A program made the position numbers and the translations under genes. A stretch of 64,000 nt of DNA from NCBI GenBank assembly GCA_029858205.1, contig JAOUFM010000006.1:6094-70093 (forward strand), written 5' to 3'. Under the pieces are notes generated by a model that was given only the letters and a program-made list of their open reading frames with translations, was not told the origin of the DNA and made no database searches. This document shows positions 18,163 to 27,822 of the stretch, piece after piece (within the stretch, counting starts at the first letter, position 1; each line of letters starts with the position of its first letter). Origin of the DNA: Deltaproteobacteria bacterium (GTDB taxonomy: Bacteria; Desulfobacterota; GWC2-55-46; DRQE01).

Positions 18163-20361
18163 GTGAAGTTCAACGTTAAAAGAGCAGTGTTCGTGTTGTT
18201 TTTCGTTTCCGGTTTCTGCGGTCTTCTCTATCAGGTAGTCTGGCTGCGCCTTGCCTTCCGTCATTTCGGCATAATAACGCCTGTGATGTCGGTTGTCCTG
18301 TCGGTTTTCATGCTGGGCCTTGCAATCGGCAGTTGGAGCGGCGGAAGATGGATAGCTACGTTGCACAAAAAAACCGGGATATCGCCGATAAGTTTCTACG
18401 CAATAACGGAACTGCTCATAGGCGTCGGCGCCGTGGCCGTGCCAAAGCTGTTTTTAATCTCGGAATCCTACCTTCTCTCTCTTGGCGATATGAACTCGGC
18501 CTCTTACCTGCTCGTATCGGCAATGTTTATGATGGCATGCATACTTCCGTGGTGTGTTTTCATGGGTTTCACCTTCCCGTTCATGATGGCATACCTCAAA
18601 AGCATTGATGCCTCCGAACGCACGAGCTTTAGCTTTCTCTACCTTGCAAACGTCATAGGCGCCATGACAGGCACGCTCATAACGGCATTTATCCTGATAG
18701 AGGTGCTTGGGTTCAAAAGCACGCTTTACGCAGCAGCAGCCGCGAACGTGGTCGTTGCCGCCGTAGCCTTTACAATAGGACGAAACGCCCCTTCCCCGTA
18801 CACAAAGGCCGAAGCCGAAGAAGTTCCGGTAACAGCGCAGGCGCAGGCCGGAGAAAAGCCGGCGCTCTTCCCGTTGATACTGTTCATAACCGGCTTTATT
18901 TCCATGGCCATCGAAGTAGTCTGGGTCAGGGCCTTCACACCTGTGCTTGCCACAACGGTGTACGCCTTTGCATCCCTTCTCGCGGCATACCTGCTGGCGA
19001 CCTTTGCCGGTTCGGCCCTGTACCGGCGGCATTCGACACAGGGCAGCGTTTTGACAAACGCCGCTCTCTTCGGAATTCTGGCGATAACGGCCTTCCTTCC
19101 TATAGTAATAAACGATCCGAGAATAAACTATAATCCGTTCGTCTTGCTGCTTTCCGTGATGCCGGTATGCGCCGTTATGGGATACCTTACCCCAAAGCTG
19201 ATTGATGCATACTCGAATGGCGGCGCAAAAAGCGCCGGACGCGCGTATGCCGTCAACATAGCCGGGTGCATTGCAGGTCCGCTCTTCGCATCATACGTCC
19301 TGCTTGCTAATTTCGGGGCGCGCCTCTCCATGGTAATTCTCGCGCTGCCTTTCTTGATACTCTATGTCGCGTACCTGCGCAGCGCGTCTATCGGGAAAAC
19401 GGCAAAGGCTGCGATGTTGTCGCTGTCGGCCGTGCTGCTCGTTGTGACAATATTCGCAAGCGCCTCGTATGACGAAAGAAGCCGGCATGTAAATTACACA
19501 AAGGACGCCGCCGTGCTCCACGATTACACGGCTACGGTCATTGCTCACGGCGAAGGTATGAACAAGCAACTGCTTGTAAACGGTAAAGGCATGACAGCGC
19601 TGGTGCCTGTGACAAAAATGCTCGCCCACTGGCCAATCCTTTTGCACGACGGCAAGCCCGAGTCGGCACTTATCATATGTTTTGGCATGGGCACAACATA
19701 CAGGTCACTTCTAAGCTGGCCTGTGGATGTCACGGCCGTCGAGCTTGTTCCGAGCGTGCGCGATCTTTTTTGGTACTTTCATGCCGATACCGAAACGGTG
19801 CTGAAAGATCCCCGCGGAAAAATAGTGATCGACGACGGAAGGCGCTTTCTGTCGAGAACCAACAAGAAGTACGACATCATAACCATAGACCCGCCGCCGC
19901 CGATGACGGCGGCAGGCACGGGATTCCTGTATTCGCGCGAATTTTTCGAAACGGCCAAGGCGCATCTTAACGATGACGGCCTTCTTCAGCTCTGGATGTG
20001 GCCGGAAGAAGCCGATTTATACACTAGCATCGCGATAAACCAATCTATCACCGATGCGTTCCCTTATGTGAAATTATTCAACGCCTTCGACATGAAGAGA
20101 GGATTCCTGTATATAGCCTCTATGAAGCCGATAAATGTGCCCACGGTTAACGAGATGCTCAAGAAAATGCCGCAGGCTGCGCAAAAAGACATGGTAGAAT
20201 GGACGCCCAATCTTTCACCGGCACAGATACTCGAACTGACGCGCAAAAATTCCGCCGATGCTCCCAAAACGCCTCTTACCGCCGCAAACAATATCATGCT
20301 AACCGACGACCGCCCTGCAAACGAATACTTCCTGGTGCGGCAAATATTGGGCGGCAAATAA
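18163..20361 (+). CDS. Polytopic membrane protein fused to a spermidine-synthase-like domain
   Basis: About 12 predicted TM helices, then ...YDIITIDPPPP...GFLYSREFF, the aminopropyltransferase fold. The probable start is a GTG 3 nt after GGAGGA at about 18163. Confidence 0.7.
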   Translation: MKFNVKRAVFVLFFVSGFCGLLYQVVWLRLAFRHFGIITPVMSVVLSVFMLGLAIGSWSGGRWIATLHKKTGISPISFYAITELLIGVGAVAVPKLFLISESYLLSLGDMNSASYLLVSAMFMMACILPWCVFMGFTFPFMMAYLKSIDASERTSFSFLYLANVIGAMTGTLITAFILIEVLGFKSTLYAAAAANVVVAAVAFTIGRNAPSPYTKAEAEEVPVTAQAQAGEKPALFPLILFITGFISMAIEVVWVRAFTPVLATTVYAFASLLAAYLLATFAGSALYRRHSTQGSVLTNAALFGILAITAFLPIVINDPRINYNPFVLLLSVMPVCAVMGYLTPKLIDAYSNGGAKSAGRAYAVNIAGCIAGPLFASYVLLANFGARLSMVILALPFLILYVAYLRSASIGKTAKAAMLSLSAVLLVVTIFASASYDERSRHVNYTKDAAVLHDYTATVIAHGEGMNKQLLVNGKGMTALVPVTKMLAHWPILLHDGKPESALIICFGMGTTYRSLLSWPVDVTAVELVPSVRDLFWYFHADTETVLKDPRGKIVIDDGRRFLSRTNKKYDIITIDPPPPMTAAGTGFLYSREFFETAKAHLNDDGLLQLWMWPEEADLYTSIAINQSITDAFPYVKLFNAFDMKRGFLYIASMKPINVPTVNEMLKKMPQAAQKDMVEWTPNLSPAQILELTRKNSADAPKTPLTAANNIMLTDDRPANEYFLVRQILGGK

Positions 20362-20382
20362 AAATAAATCTTGAAATAAAAT

Positions 20383-20416
20383 ATGCCTGCAAGGCCGCTG
20401 TGGCCTTGCAGGCATT
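20383..20416. terminator. Bidirectional rho-independent terminator between convergent genes
   Basis: A perfect 14-bp stem (atgcctgcaaggcc GCTGT ggccttgcaggcat) is flanked by T-rich runs on both strands. Confidence 0.55.
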
Positions 20417-20453
20417 ATATTTTGCCAGCTTGATATACCTTTTGTTCGCGCGC

Positions 20454-20936
20454 TTAGTGCTTATAGCGCTCGTGGCACGCGTTGCAGCTTTTTGTGAGAG
20501 CGGCAAGGGACTTAAGCGCCGCCTCCCTGTCGCCTTTTGCCGCGTTCTCAGAAAGCTCGTCCGCTTTCTTATGGGTATCCATGCCGAGAGTGAAAAGCTC
20601 TGCCTCGCCGCTCTTATCCGAAAGTTTTCTGCACATTACCGCTTCTTCTTCGCTCGTGCCGAGGTTTTCCTTGGCTATCTTTGCGGCCTTGTCGAGTTCG
20701 TTGGCCGATATGGCAGCCGTTATCTCCGCGAGGCTGTCCATATGCTTTACCATCATTCTCTTTTGCATGGCCTTTAGCTCATGCGGAAGCTTTAGCGTAA
20801 TGCGCTCATCGGGCGTTGAGATGCCGTGGTGGCCGTGCATGTCGCCGCTCTCAGCGTGATGGCCGCCTTGATGGTGGCAGGCGGCAAAAGTAGCTGCCGC
20901 GCCGGCAATAAGTACTGCAGTAAATATCCTTTTCAT
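20454..20936 (-). CDS. Class II cytochrome c (cytochrome c'-like) lipoprotein with a His-rich N-terminal segment
   Basis: A GGAGGT SD precedes MKRIFTAVLIAGAAATFAAC (signal peptide with lipobox). CHHQGGHHAESGDMHGHHG follows. The helical core ends in C-terminal CNACHERYKH (CXXCH followed by Y-K), typical of cytochrome c'. Confidence 0.6.
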   Translation of the reverse strand: MKRIFTAVLIAGAAATFAACHHQGGHHAESGDMHGHHGISTPDERITLKLPHELKAMQKRMMVKHMDSLAEITAAISANELDKAAKIAKENLGTSEEEAVMCRKLSDKSGEAELFTLGMDTHKKADELSENAAKGDREAALKSLAALTKSCNACHERYKH

Positions 20937-21030
20937 CCGTGTTACCTCCGTGGTTTTGATTTGATTATTATACCTTGCCAACGCGCGTTTTAAGATGACA
21001 AAAATCATGTTCTGCCGTAAACGGCATTCT

Positions 21031-21480
21031 TTAAAACGCTTTTTTACTGTCCAAAAGTATTGTCACAGGGCCGTCGTTAACAAGAGCAACCTCCATATGC
21101 GCGCCAAAGGCCCCTTCTTTGGTATCGATGCCGAGAGAGCGCGTTTCGCTAAGGAGTTCCTCATAAAGACGTTTTGCAGCATCAGGACCTTCCGCATTAT
21201 CAAATGACGGCCTCCTGCCCTTACGCGCATCGGCAAGGAGCGTGAACTGCGAGACTATTATTACCTTGCCGCCGGCTTCCTTTACATCCAGGTTCATTTT
21301 GCCTGAGTTGTCGTAGAATATCCTTAAAGCTGCAAGCTTCGTGGCAATGTACTTGATATCCTCCAAGGTGTCGCCTTTCTCCACCCCTGCAAGAACAAGA
21401 AGCCCCTTGCCTATGGAGGAGATTATATTACCTTCGACACTAATACTTGCAGAACTTACCCGCTGGATTACGGCTCTCAT
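21031..21480 (-). CDS. dtd: D-aminoacyl-tRNA deacylase
   Basis: 149 aa with MRAVIQRV...SQFTL...NDGPVT motifs. Confidence 0.9.
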   Translation of the reverse strand: MRAVIQRVSSASISVEGNIISSIGKGLLVLAGVEKGDTLEDIKYIATKLAALRIFYDNSGKMNLDVKEAGGKVIIVSQFTLLADARKGRRPSFDNAEGPDAAKRLYEELLSETRSLGIDTKEGAFGAHMEVALVNDGPVTILLDSKKAF

Positions 21481-21529
21481 ACGCTTCTCCTATTAGCGCA
21501 CATCAAAGATGAAAGTATCATTAAAACCG

Positions 21530-21949
21530 CTACTCGCCGATTATCTTTACAAGCACCCTTTTCTTTCTTTTGCCGTCGAATTCGCCGTAAAATATTTCTT
21601 CCCACGGCCCGAAGTCGAGCTTGGCGCCGGTAACCGCGACAACTACTTCTCTGCCCATGACCGTTCTTTTAAGGTGAGCATCCCCGTTGTCTTCTCCGGT
21701 AAGATTGTGCTTATAGTTTGCAGTCGGCTCGTGCGGTGCGAGTTTTTCAAGCCACTTCTCGAAGTCAGCGTGCAGGCCCGACTCGTTGTCGTTTATGAAA
21801 ACGCTTGCAGTAATGTGCATGGCGTTTACGAGGCAAAGGCCCTCCTTTATGCCGGACTCCTTCAGGCATTTCTCCACCTCGCCGGTAATGCAGACAAAGC
21901 CGCGCCTCTCGGGCACATTGAACCAGAGTTCCTTACGAAAGTTCTTCAT
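21530..21949 (-). CDS. YjbQ/UPF0047 family protein (secondary thiamine-phosphate synthase-like)
   Basis: 139 aa with the conserved ...[21 protein letters not shown]...[10 protein letters not shown].... Confidence 0.7.
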   Translation of the reverse strand: MKNFRKELWFNVPERRGFVCITGEVEKCLKESGIKEGLCLVNAMHITASVFINDNESGLHADFEKWLEKLAPHEPTANYKHNLTGEDNGDAHLKRTVMGREVVVAVTGAKLDFGPWEEIFYGEFDGKRKKRVLVKIIGE

Positions 21950-21973
21950 AGCTCTCCTCGAATAAATTTGTCG

Positions 21974-22600
21974 TTAATCGCCTGTTGTCTCAGCTTCGAA
22001 CTTTCCGTCGGTATAATAATGCACTCCCACGGCCCTCTCGTAGACCTCGCTGCCAATAGCGTCCACATTAAGCACCATCCGCGCCACATGTGTCCACTCG
22101 CCCCCAGGCTTATCAGGCGCAAGATAATCGAACTCCTTATTTTTGGGGTAAACATGTATAAAGTCGCCTCCGCCCCCGGCCAACTCGTGCTCCTCATACA
22201 CAGCGTTTTTGTTCCTGATAAAAGCCAGTAATTTACCACCTTGCCTTCCTGAAATACGTATAAGAATTGCATAGTCGTCGTTCTTATTATCTCCGTCGAA
22301 GTCGGCACGCAAGACATTGGTGTCATAAAGCTCCCGGCCTGCGTTGTGCATGTCGCCGATTATGTACTTATCTACCGGCTGCGCCTCCCATCCGGTGTAT
22401 TTTGCGTCGAGTATCTTGATTACGGCCCCCGGAAGCTTATCTGCGGTTATTGCATACTTGCTTCGTTTGGATTTACGCCCTTCTTCGGCAAAAGATTCTG
22501 GGCCAGCCATTAAAAGCACTACGCATGTCGCTGCCGCAGCGATAAGCGCGAACGCCTTTTGCAACGGTCCGGCACATACCAGTTCTCTCCAAAGATTCAT
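21974..22600 (-). CDS. Secreted hypothetical protein
   Basis: Signal peptide (AFALIAAAATCVVLLMAGPESFA); no recognised domain. Confidence 0.45.
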   Translation of the reverse strand: MNLWRELVCAGPLQKAFALIAAAATCVVLLMAGPESFAEEGRKSKRSKYAITADKLPGAVIKILDAKYTGWEAQPVDKYIIGDMHNAGRELYDTNVLRADFDGDNKNDDYAILIRISGRQGGKLLAFIRNKNAVYEEHELAGGGGDFIHVYPKNKEFDYLAPDKPGGEWTHVARMVLNVDAIGSEVYERAVGVHYYTDGKFEAETTGD

Positions 22601-22624
22601 AAGTCATCTCCTCATACCGGCAAG

Positions 22625-22663
22625 TAAAAACAAAAGCCCGGCCCTTTTTACAAGGCCGGGCTC
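22625..22663 (-). terminator. Rho-independent terminator downstream of tRNA-Gly
   Basis: On the minus strand, a GCCCGGCC..GGCCGGGC hairpin is followed by TTTTGTTTTT. Confidence 0.55.
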
Positions 22664-22673
22664 GTTATGTTCA

Positions 22674-22747
22674 TGGAGCGGGCGAAGGGAATCGAACCCT
22701 CGTATGAAGCTTGGGAAGCTTCCATTCTACCATTGAATTACGCCCGC
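22674..22747 (-). tRNA. tRNA-Gly (anticodon CCC), CCA encoded
   Basis: The minus-strand sequence GCGGGCGTAATTCAATGGTAGAATGGAAGCTTCCCAAGCTTCATACGAGGGTTCGATTCCCTTCGCCCGCTCCA has a 7-bp acceptor stem, an anticodon loop uuCCCaa, a T-arm GGTTCGATTCC, and is 74 nt long. Confidence 0.85.
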
Positions 22748-22815
22748 GCTACCCGTTAATTATATTGCCAATGCGTTTTCCAAGTCAAGCGCATTAAATG
22801 CCTGCAAAGAACGTC

Positions 22816-23967
22816 CTACATCCCTCTCGACTTCATCCACTTCTTGTATTCCGCGCTCTTTACGAAGCCTGAGTACGCCTCTATCTTTGTCAGGTCCTCG
22901 AATTCCATCTTGAAGTCCTTTTCGAGCTTCGTTAAAAGAGTAGCCGTTTCCTTATAGTTCTTCTCCTGAAGCGATATGCTCACAAGCGCCCAGTACGCGT
23001 CGAGCATGTACGGGTCGGCGGCAATGGCCTTGGTGGCGGAGGCCTTGGCCCCGGCATAATCGCCTGCCACCATGTACACGCTGGAACGCAGATAATAAAG
23101 GTACGGGTCTTCGCCAATACGCTTATTCAGGCTGTCTATGGAGGCGATTGCCTCCTTGTATTTCTCTTTAATGGTATAGTAATCTATAAGGAGCAGGTCG
23201 CGCGCCGGGTCTCCCGGGTAAAACTTCTCGAAATCAGTGAGCGCCTTCATATACTCCTTCGTATCTTCTGTTGCGGAGGCATACCTGATCCTAAGAAGCA
23301 TTATGGTCTTGTCTTTTTTAACGGATGCCGGAAGAGCGTAATACTCGGTAAGGGCGCCGTCTATATCGCCGTTGTTGCCAAGTGTCTGCATCTTCTTGAT
23401 GTCCGGCAGATGTTTAACGAAGTCGGATTCCCAGCCCAAGGTCTTTCCGATGAGGCCCTTCTTTTCCTCGTAGATTATGGGCACAAGAACGCGCCTGAAG
23501 GTGTCGCTCGTGCGCTCGCCGTTAGAGAAAACGTACATGTCCTCGATTTTCACGGAATCGCCACCTTCGCCAAGATAGAGCTCGTAGTAATTGACGCCGC
23601 CATCATTCGTTATCATCCTGAAGAGCGCCTTATCCTTGGCGCGCATCTTTAAAAAGGTAAAGCTGCCTTTTTCGCCCATCATCGCAATGATGGTTGTTCC
23701 GACCGGGTTCGTTTTAAGCCCTTTTGTCATGCTCTCTATCAACGACTTCATCATCTTGTCGTCCACGTCGTAGCCGGAGACCGCCTTCCTGGTCAACCCT
23801 TCCATATCCAGGCTCTCGTTGAATAACTCAGGGTCACGCTCGTTCATGGACTGCTCGAGCTTTTCCAGAAATTCCTGAAAACCGGCATTTGCGGCATTGC
23901 TCATGTTGACGCTAAGCAGCACGCAAAAAACCGCTATAAGCGCCGTTAAAACAATCTTCGTTCTCAT
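22816..23967 (-). CDS. Secreted TPR-like repeat protein
   Basis: Signal peptide, with a helical-repeat (TPR-like) C-terminal half. Confidence 0.5.
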   Translation of the reverse strand: MRTKIVLTALIAVFCVLLSVNMSNAANAGFQEFLEKLEQSMNERDPELFNESLDMEGLTRKAVSGYDVDDKMMKSLIESMTKGLKTNPVGTTIIAMMGEKGSFTFLKMRAKDKALFRMITNDGGVNYYELYLGEGGDSVKIEDMYVFSNGERTSDTFRRVLVPIIYEEKKGLIGKTLGWESDFVKHLPDIKKMQTLGNNGDIDGALTEYYALPASVKKDKTIMLLRIRYASATEDTKEYMKALTDFEKFYPGDPARDLLLIDYYTIKEKYKEAIASIDSLNKRIGEDPYLYYLRSSVYMVAGDYAGAKASATKAIAADPYMLDAYWALVSISLQEKNYKETATLLTKLEKDFKMEFEDLTKIEAYSGFVKSAEYKKWMKSRGM

Positions 23968-24093
23968 TTCGTAACATTCTCCTTTATTTGATTTAACAGC
24001 AATCCACGCAGTGCGTTAGCGAACGTAACTGACATATTCTATATGAACCGGGCTGAAAAATAAAGCGTAAACACAGCCGATTGGCAGCGAAGC

Positions 24094-24122
24094 TTGCCGC
24101 GTAAAAGCTTCTCTGCTATACT
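24094..24122 (+). promoter_or_regulatory. Sigma70-like promoter upstream of the aldehyde dehydrogenase gene
   Basis: TTGCCG - 17 nt - TATACT. A GGAGGA SD precedes the ATG at 24163. Confidence 0.4.
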
Positions 24123-24162
24123 GTGTTTATCCGCACCCTGACATTCCTTTGGAGGAAGCAGC

Positions 24163-25653
24163 ATGCCGAAAAAATACAAAAACCTCATAAACGGCAGATG
24201 GGCCGATGCCTCAAGCAAAGAAACCATCGAGAGCAGTAACCCGGCAAACGATTCCGACATCGTCGGTATAGTGCCCTCCTCCGGCAAAAAAGACATAGAC
24301 GCTGCAGTTGACGCCGCGAGAAAGGCGTTTAATTCGTGGCGTCTTGTCCCTGCCCCAAAGCGCGGAGAGATCATATTCAAGGCAGCAGAAGCGCTCGTTA
24401 AACGTAAGGCCGAGCTTGGCAAGCTCGTCACTAAAGAAATGGGAAAAGTCCTTAAGGAAGGCCTTGGCGATGTGCAGGAAGCAATCGACATGGCCTACTT
24501 TATGGCAGGCGAAGGCCGCCGCTTATCGGGCGAGACCGTGCCCTCGGAACTTTCTAACAAAGACTGTAAGAGTATCCGCGTGCCAAAGGGAGTATTTGGC
24601 CTCATAACACCGTGGAACTTCCCTACAGCCATACCAGCGTGGAAGATATTTCCGGCGCTCATTAGCGGCAATACAGTTGTATTCAAGCCTTCGAGCTACA
24701 CGCCTGTATCCGCAACAGTGCTCGTTGACATTATAAACAGCGCCGGGCTGCCGCCCGGTGTTTTGAACCTTGTACACGGCTTGGGAGAGGCTACGGGCGA
24801 ATACCTTGCCTCGCATAAGGGGCTTGACGGCGTGTCGTTTACAGGCTCGAGCTCGGTTGGAGCAAAGCTTGCTTCGATATGCGCGCTAAGCGGCACGGAA
24901 ATCACATGCGAGATGGGAGGGAAAAACCCCATCATAATAATGCACGACGCTGACCTCTCGCTTGCGCTCGAAGGCGCTCTATGGGCAGCATTTGGAACTA
25001 CTGGGCAGCGCTGCACTGCAGCAAGCCGCATTATCGTGCATGAGAAGGTCTACAATAAGTTCCTCGCGCTCTTCACTGCAAAGGCGAAGAAGCTAAGGCT
25101 CGGTGACGGGCTTAAGCCGACGACCGACGTCGGCCCCCTTATAAATGAAGGCCAGATGCAGCGCGTGCTGCGTTATATCGACATCGGCAAAAAAGAAGGC
25201 GCAAGGCTCATGTGCGGCGGCAAGAGGGCTGCTGGCGGCGCGCTAAAAAAAGGCTTTTTCATCGAGCCCACGGTATTTGCCGACGTCGCTCCTTCCATGC
25301 GCATAGCAAAGGAGGAAATATTTGGCCCTGTAGTGTCGGTAATAAAGGTAAAAAGCCTTAAGGAAGCAATCGACACTGCAAACGGCACTGACTACGGGCT
25401 TTCGTCATCCATATACACTCGCGACGTGAACGCATCGGCTGTTGCGGAGCGCGATTTAAATAGCGGCATCGTGTACATAAATGCGCCGACAATCGGCGCG
25501 GAGATACAGCTTCCATTTGGCGGCATAAAGAAGAGCGGGCTCGGGCATAAAGAAGCAGGCGGCAGAGGCGGCGCGCTCGATACTTTTACGACCTGGAAGG
25601 TCGTGTACAGGGACTTCTCTGGCTCGCTTCAAAAGGCGCAGATAGAGGATTGA
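24163..25653 (+). CDS. NAD(P)-dependent aldehyde dehydrogenase (possibly 1-pyrroline-5-carboxylate dehydrogenase)
   Basis: ALDH signatures: [10 protein letters not shown], the catalytic ...GQRCTAAS... and the glutamate motif. Confidence 0.85.
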   Translation: MPKKYKNLINGRWADASSKETIESSNPANDSDIVGIVPSSGKKDIDAAVDAARKAFNSWRLVPAPKRGEIIFKAAEALVKRKAELGKLVTKEMGKVLKEGLGDVQEAIDMAYFMAGEGRRLSGETVPSELSNKDCKSIRVPKGVFGLITPWNFPTAIPAWKIFPALISGNTVVFKPSSYTPVSATVLVDIINSAGLPPGVLNLVHGLGEATGEYLASHKGLDGVSFTGSSSVGAKLASICALSGTEITCEMGGKNPIIIMHDADLSLALEGALWAAFGTTGQRCTAASRIIVHEKVYNKFLALFTAKAKKLRLGDGLKPTTDVGPLINEGQMQRVLRYIDIGKKEGARLMCGGKRAAGGALKKGFFIEPTVFADVAPSMRIAKEEIFGPVVSVIKVKSLKEAIDTANGTDYGLSSSIYTRDVNASAVAERDLNSGIVYINAPTIGAEIQLPFGGIKKSGLGHKEAGGRGGALDTFTTWKVVYRDFSGSLQKAQIED

Positions 25654-25670
25654 AATAGTTTTACTTTTAC

Positions 25671-25691
25671 GGTGATTTTGTTATAATCACC
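25671..25691. promoter_or_regulatory. AT-centred palindrome overlapping a -10-like TATAAT upstream of the ferritin-like gene
   Basis: GGTGATT-ttgttata-AATCACC, 37 nt upstream of the ATG at 25730. Confidence 0.3.
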
Positions 25692-25729
25692 ACACACCAA
25701 ATTTCTCCCTACGGAGGTTTAGTAGACGC

Positions 25730-26227
25730 ATGGATCCGGTACATTTTTCAGCAGAAGAAATACTCGATATGGCCATCCGCATAGAAGAGAACGGGGAAAA
25801 GTTCTACGCCGCTGCGGCAAAGAGCGCGAAGAACCCGAAGCTTAAGGAACTCTTCGAGTTCCTCGTGAAAGAAGAACTAAAGCACGCAGCGTACTTCGGA
25901 AAACTTAAAAAGCTCGTTGCCGAGTACACCCCGCACGGCGCGGCAGACCCGTACCTCGACGAAGCGTCCATGTACATAAAGGCACTCTCGGATGCAAAGG
26001 TCTTCCATAGAGAGACCGACCCTAAAGAGCTTGCCAGAAAGACCGAGAACGAGGAAAAGGCAATTGATTTCGCAATAGAGGCTGAAAAGGAATCGCTCCT
26101 CTTCTACTACGAGATACAGAAGTCGATACGCGATAAGGACAGAAAGATAGTAGACGACATCATCATAGAGGAAAAGGACCACCTCCAGCGCCTTACAGCC
26201 ATTAAGCACGAATTCTACGGCAAATAA
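25730..26227 (+). CDS. Ferritin-like diiron domain protein (rubrerythrin-family core without a rubredoxin domain)
   Basis: Two ExxH motifs (EELKHAAY, EEKDHLQR) in a four-helix-bundle spacing; 165 aa. Confidence 0.7.
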   Translation: MDPVHFSAEEILDMAIRIEENGEKFYAAAAKSAKNPKLKELFEFLVKEELKHAAYFGKLKKLVAEYTPHGAADPYLDEASMYIKALSDAKVFHRETDPKELARKTENEEKAIDFAIEAEKESLLFYYEIQKSIRDKDRKIVDDIIIEEKDHLQRLTAIKHEFYGK

Positions 26228-26250
26228 CTTTTAGCAGAGGAGATACTGCC

Positions 26251-26499
26251 ATGACAGAATACGTAAAAACATACAAGTGTTCCAAGTGCGGCACAATGAC
26301 CAGCGGCCGCGGGCATCTTTGCCACCCAAACCCCGAGGCAGGCCCGCATAAGTGCGAGTACTGCAAAAAGACCGTAACAGACGTGAGGCACGTGTGTAAG
26401 GAGATGCTCGACTCTGTCGAGTACATCTGCAAGAAGTGCGGACGCCTCTCGGCCTACAGCTCGCTTCTTTGCGAGCCCGAGCTCGTATCAGGGGACTAA
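26251..26499 (+). CDS. Small Cys-rich metal-binding protein (three CxxC plus extra Cys/His)
   Basis: CSKCG...CHPNPE...CEYCKK...CKEM...CKKCG...C. It starts 23 nt after the ferritin-like gene. Confidence 0.5.
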   Translation: MTEYVKTYKCSKCGTMTSGRGHLCHPNPEAGPHKCEYCKKTVTDVRHVCKEMLDSVEYICKKCGRLSAYSSLLCEPELVSGD

Positions 26500-26520
26500 A
26501 AAACTACCAAAGGACGCGGC

Positions 26521-27819
26521 GTGGCTAAACCAAAGAGCGTCAAAAATATGCGGCGCCACCTGACCCCTGCGCTCTTCTTCCACACGAAGATAACGGCGAA
26601 GAAGGCAAAAGGCGCGTGGGTCTATTCAAAAGACGGTAAAAAGTACCTCGACCTCGCGGCCGGGCTCGCCACCTTATCCACCGGCCACTCTCACCCGACC
26701 ATCATAAAGGCCGCGACAAAGCAAATACAGAACTTCGTCCACTCGGGCTGCATATTCTACTACGACCCGATCATCGAACTTTCAAAGAAACTCGCCTCCA
26801 TAACGCCTGGCTCCATAGACATGTTCTTTTTCTCGAACTCCGGGGCCGAGGCTGTCGAAGGCGCAATCAAACTCGCCCGCCACTATACCGGGCGCCAGGG
26901 CGTCATAGGGTTTACCGGAGGGTTCCACGGCCGCACGTACGGCGCAGCCACACTTACAACGTCTTCTGTGAAGTACAGGCGGCGCTACCATCCGCTCGTT
27001 CCGTCCTTTTATCATGCCCCCTACCCGTACTGCTACCGCTGCTTCATGGGCAGGGAGACAAACACCTGTTCGGTCGAATGCTTCACCTACTTCGAGCGTA
27101 TGCTCGATCACCTCATCGCCTCAGATGAAGTCGCCTGCGTTATCATAGAGCCGGTGCTTGGCGAAGGCGGCTACGCCCCTGCTCCGCTAAAGTATATGAA
27201 GAAGCTTGCCGAGTACTGCAAGAAACACGGCATACTAATCGTCTCCGACGAAGTGCAAACGGGGTTTGGCAGAACTGGAAAGTGGTTTGCCATAGAGCAC
27301 TACGGCATAAAGCCTGACATCATAACCCTTGGCAAGGGAATCGCCTCCGGGTTCCCGCTTAGCGCCGTAGGAGCTTCGAGCCGCATAATGGGCAAGTGGC
27401 CGGTTGGCGCGCACGGCACGACTTTTGGAGGAAACCCTGTTTCATGCGCAGCGGCTCTTGCCACTATCGGCGTCATAGAAAAAGAACGTCTTATAGATAA
27501 CGCGCGCTCCCTTGGCGAGTACGGGCTAAAGCGCCTTCTCGAAATAAAGCGCAAACATCCCGGCACAATCGGCGACGTGCGGGGCCTCGGGCTGATGCTT
27601 GGAGCGGAGCTGATTACGGAAAACGAAAAGCCTGACCACGCGCTTACGATGCGCGTTGTCGAAGAGGCCGAGCGTCAAGGCCTAATAATAGTCGAATGCG
27701 GCATACACAAAAACATCATCCGCTTCATGCCTCCGCTAAACATCAAACGCGCGGAGATGAGCCTGGCGCTCGATATATTCGAGGCTGCTTTGAAGAAATC
27801 CTCGCGCCAAAGGAAATAG
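26521..27819 (+). CDS. Class III pyridoxal-phosphate aminotransferase (ornithine/acetylornithine/GABA aminotransferase family)
   Basis: ...YLDLAAGLATLSTGHSHP..., SDEVQTGFGRTGKWFA (PLP lysine motif) and GKGIASGFP. Confidence 0.85.
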   Translation: MAKPKSVKNMRRHLTPALFFHTKITAKKAKGAWVYSKDGKKYLDLAAGLATLSTGHSHPTIIKAATKQIQNFVHSGCIFYYDPIIELSKKLASITPGSIDMFFFSNSGAEAVEGAIKLARHYTGRQGVIGFTGGFHGRTYGAATLTTSSVKYRRRYHPLVPSFYHAPYPYCYRCFMGRETNTCSVECFTYFERMLDHLIASDEVACVIIEPVLGEGGYAPAPLKYMKKLAEYCKKHGILIVSDEVQTGFGRTGKWFAIEHYGIKPDIITLGKGIASGFPLSAVGASSRIMGKWPVGAHGTTFGGNPVSCAAALATIGVIEKERLIDNARSLGEYGLKRLLEIKRKHPGTIGDVRGLGLMLGAELITENEKPDHALTMRVVEEAERQGLIIVECGIHKNIIRFMPPLNIKRAEMSLALDIFEAALKKSSRQRK

Positions 27820-27822
27820 GCC

